Part shown: in pieces, positions 6,877 to 7,041 of the stretch
Layout of the letters: every line of letters starts with the position of its first letter
How positions within the stretch are numbered: the first letter of the stretch is position 1
From: a virus
Lineage: Duplodnaviria > Heunggongvirae > Uroviricota > Caudoviricetes
IMG/VR virus record: IMGVR_UViG_2690316109_000023
Direction: 5' to 3' (one strand)
Length of the DNA stretch: 7,041 nt
Position numbers and translations under genes: made by a program
The notes under the pieces: generated by a model
What the model was told of the DNA's origin: nothing
Databases searched by the model: none
What the model saw: only the letters and a program-made list of their open reading frames with translations

Positions 6877-7041
6877 TCAATTAGTTAGGTTAAATAAGTT
6901 ATATATAACAGCAATAAATAATGCGAGAATAAACGGCACGATGATCTCGGCGGCAAAACGGATACCGCAGAGAATAATGACCAGCATTCCCAACATAATG
7001 ACGATTTTTAGGCCATTGAGCGTGATGATCGGCTTTGCCAT
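6877..7041 (-). pseudogene. tqsA: 5' fragment of an AI-2E family transporter gene (tqsA/ydgG-like): about 45 native codons, then 9 foreign codons and a stop
   Basis: Minus-strand ATG at 7039-7041 translates to [45 protein letters not shown], then IYNLFNLTN and stop (TGA complement at 6877-6879). The hydrophobic N-terminus matches my recollection of E. coli TqsA. Sequence becomes AT-rich and non-coding exactly where the match ends (~6906). Confidence 0.55.

Larger units (their letters stand above)
1..6906 (+). mobile_element. Right-hand part of an integrated HK97-like capsid/packaging element (prophage or capsid-forming satellite); left boundary lies outside the window, right boundary approx. 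6906
   Basis: Contiguous co-oriented head and terminase genes with overlapping start/stop codons. Coding stops at 6139, followed by AT-rich structured DNA. Homology to a chromosomal transporter gene begins at ~6907 on the minus strand. Confidence 0.7.

Noticed and set aside
6685-6888. 67-aa plus-strand ORF running up to the junction
   Set aside because: No RBS, cysteine- and aromatic-rich low-complexity translation, and it overlaps the putative att arm. Probably spurious.
1-7041. Search for CRISPR arrays, rRNA or tRNA genes and IS-element terminal inverted repeats
   Set aside because: No regularly spaced direct repeats, no rRNA-like segments, no convincing cloverleaf, and no transposase ORF were seen.

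Overview
This window holds the right-hand ~6.9 kb of an integrated HK97-type head and DNA-packaging module, with every gene on the + strand. In order: the 3' end of a major capsid protein gene (1-360), prohead protease, portal, head-tail adaptor, an in-frame chimeric ORF created by a 299-bp tandem duplication, a gp6-like connector, an HNH endonuclease, a small basic ORF, a P27-type small terminase, a large terminase (TTG start), and a small unknown ORF. About 770 bp of hairpin-dense non-coding DNA follows, ending near 6906 at a junction with the 5' end of a chromosomal AI-2E-family transporter gene (tqsA/ydgG-like) on the minus strand. No tail genes are present and the order is non-canonical (capsid before portal, terminase last, element end right after terL). 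My interpretation is a tail-less capsid-forming satellite (cf-PICI-like) inserted into tqsA, not a complete phage. All protein calls rest on motifs recognised by eye in the supplied translations; no database search was run.
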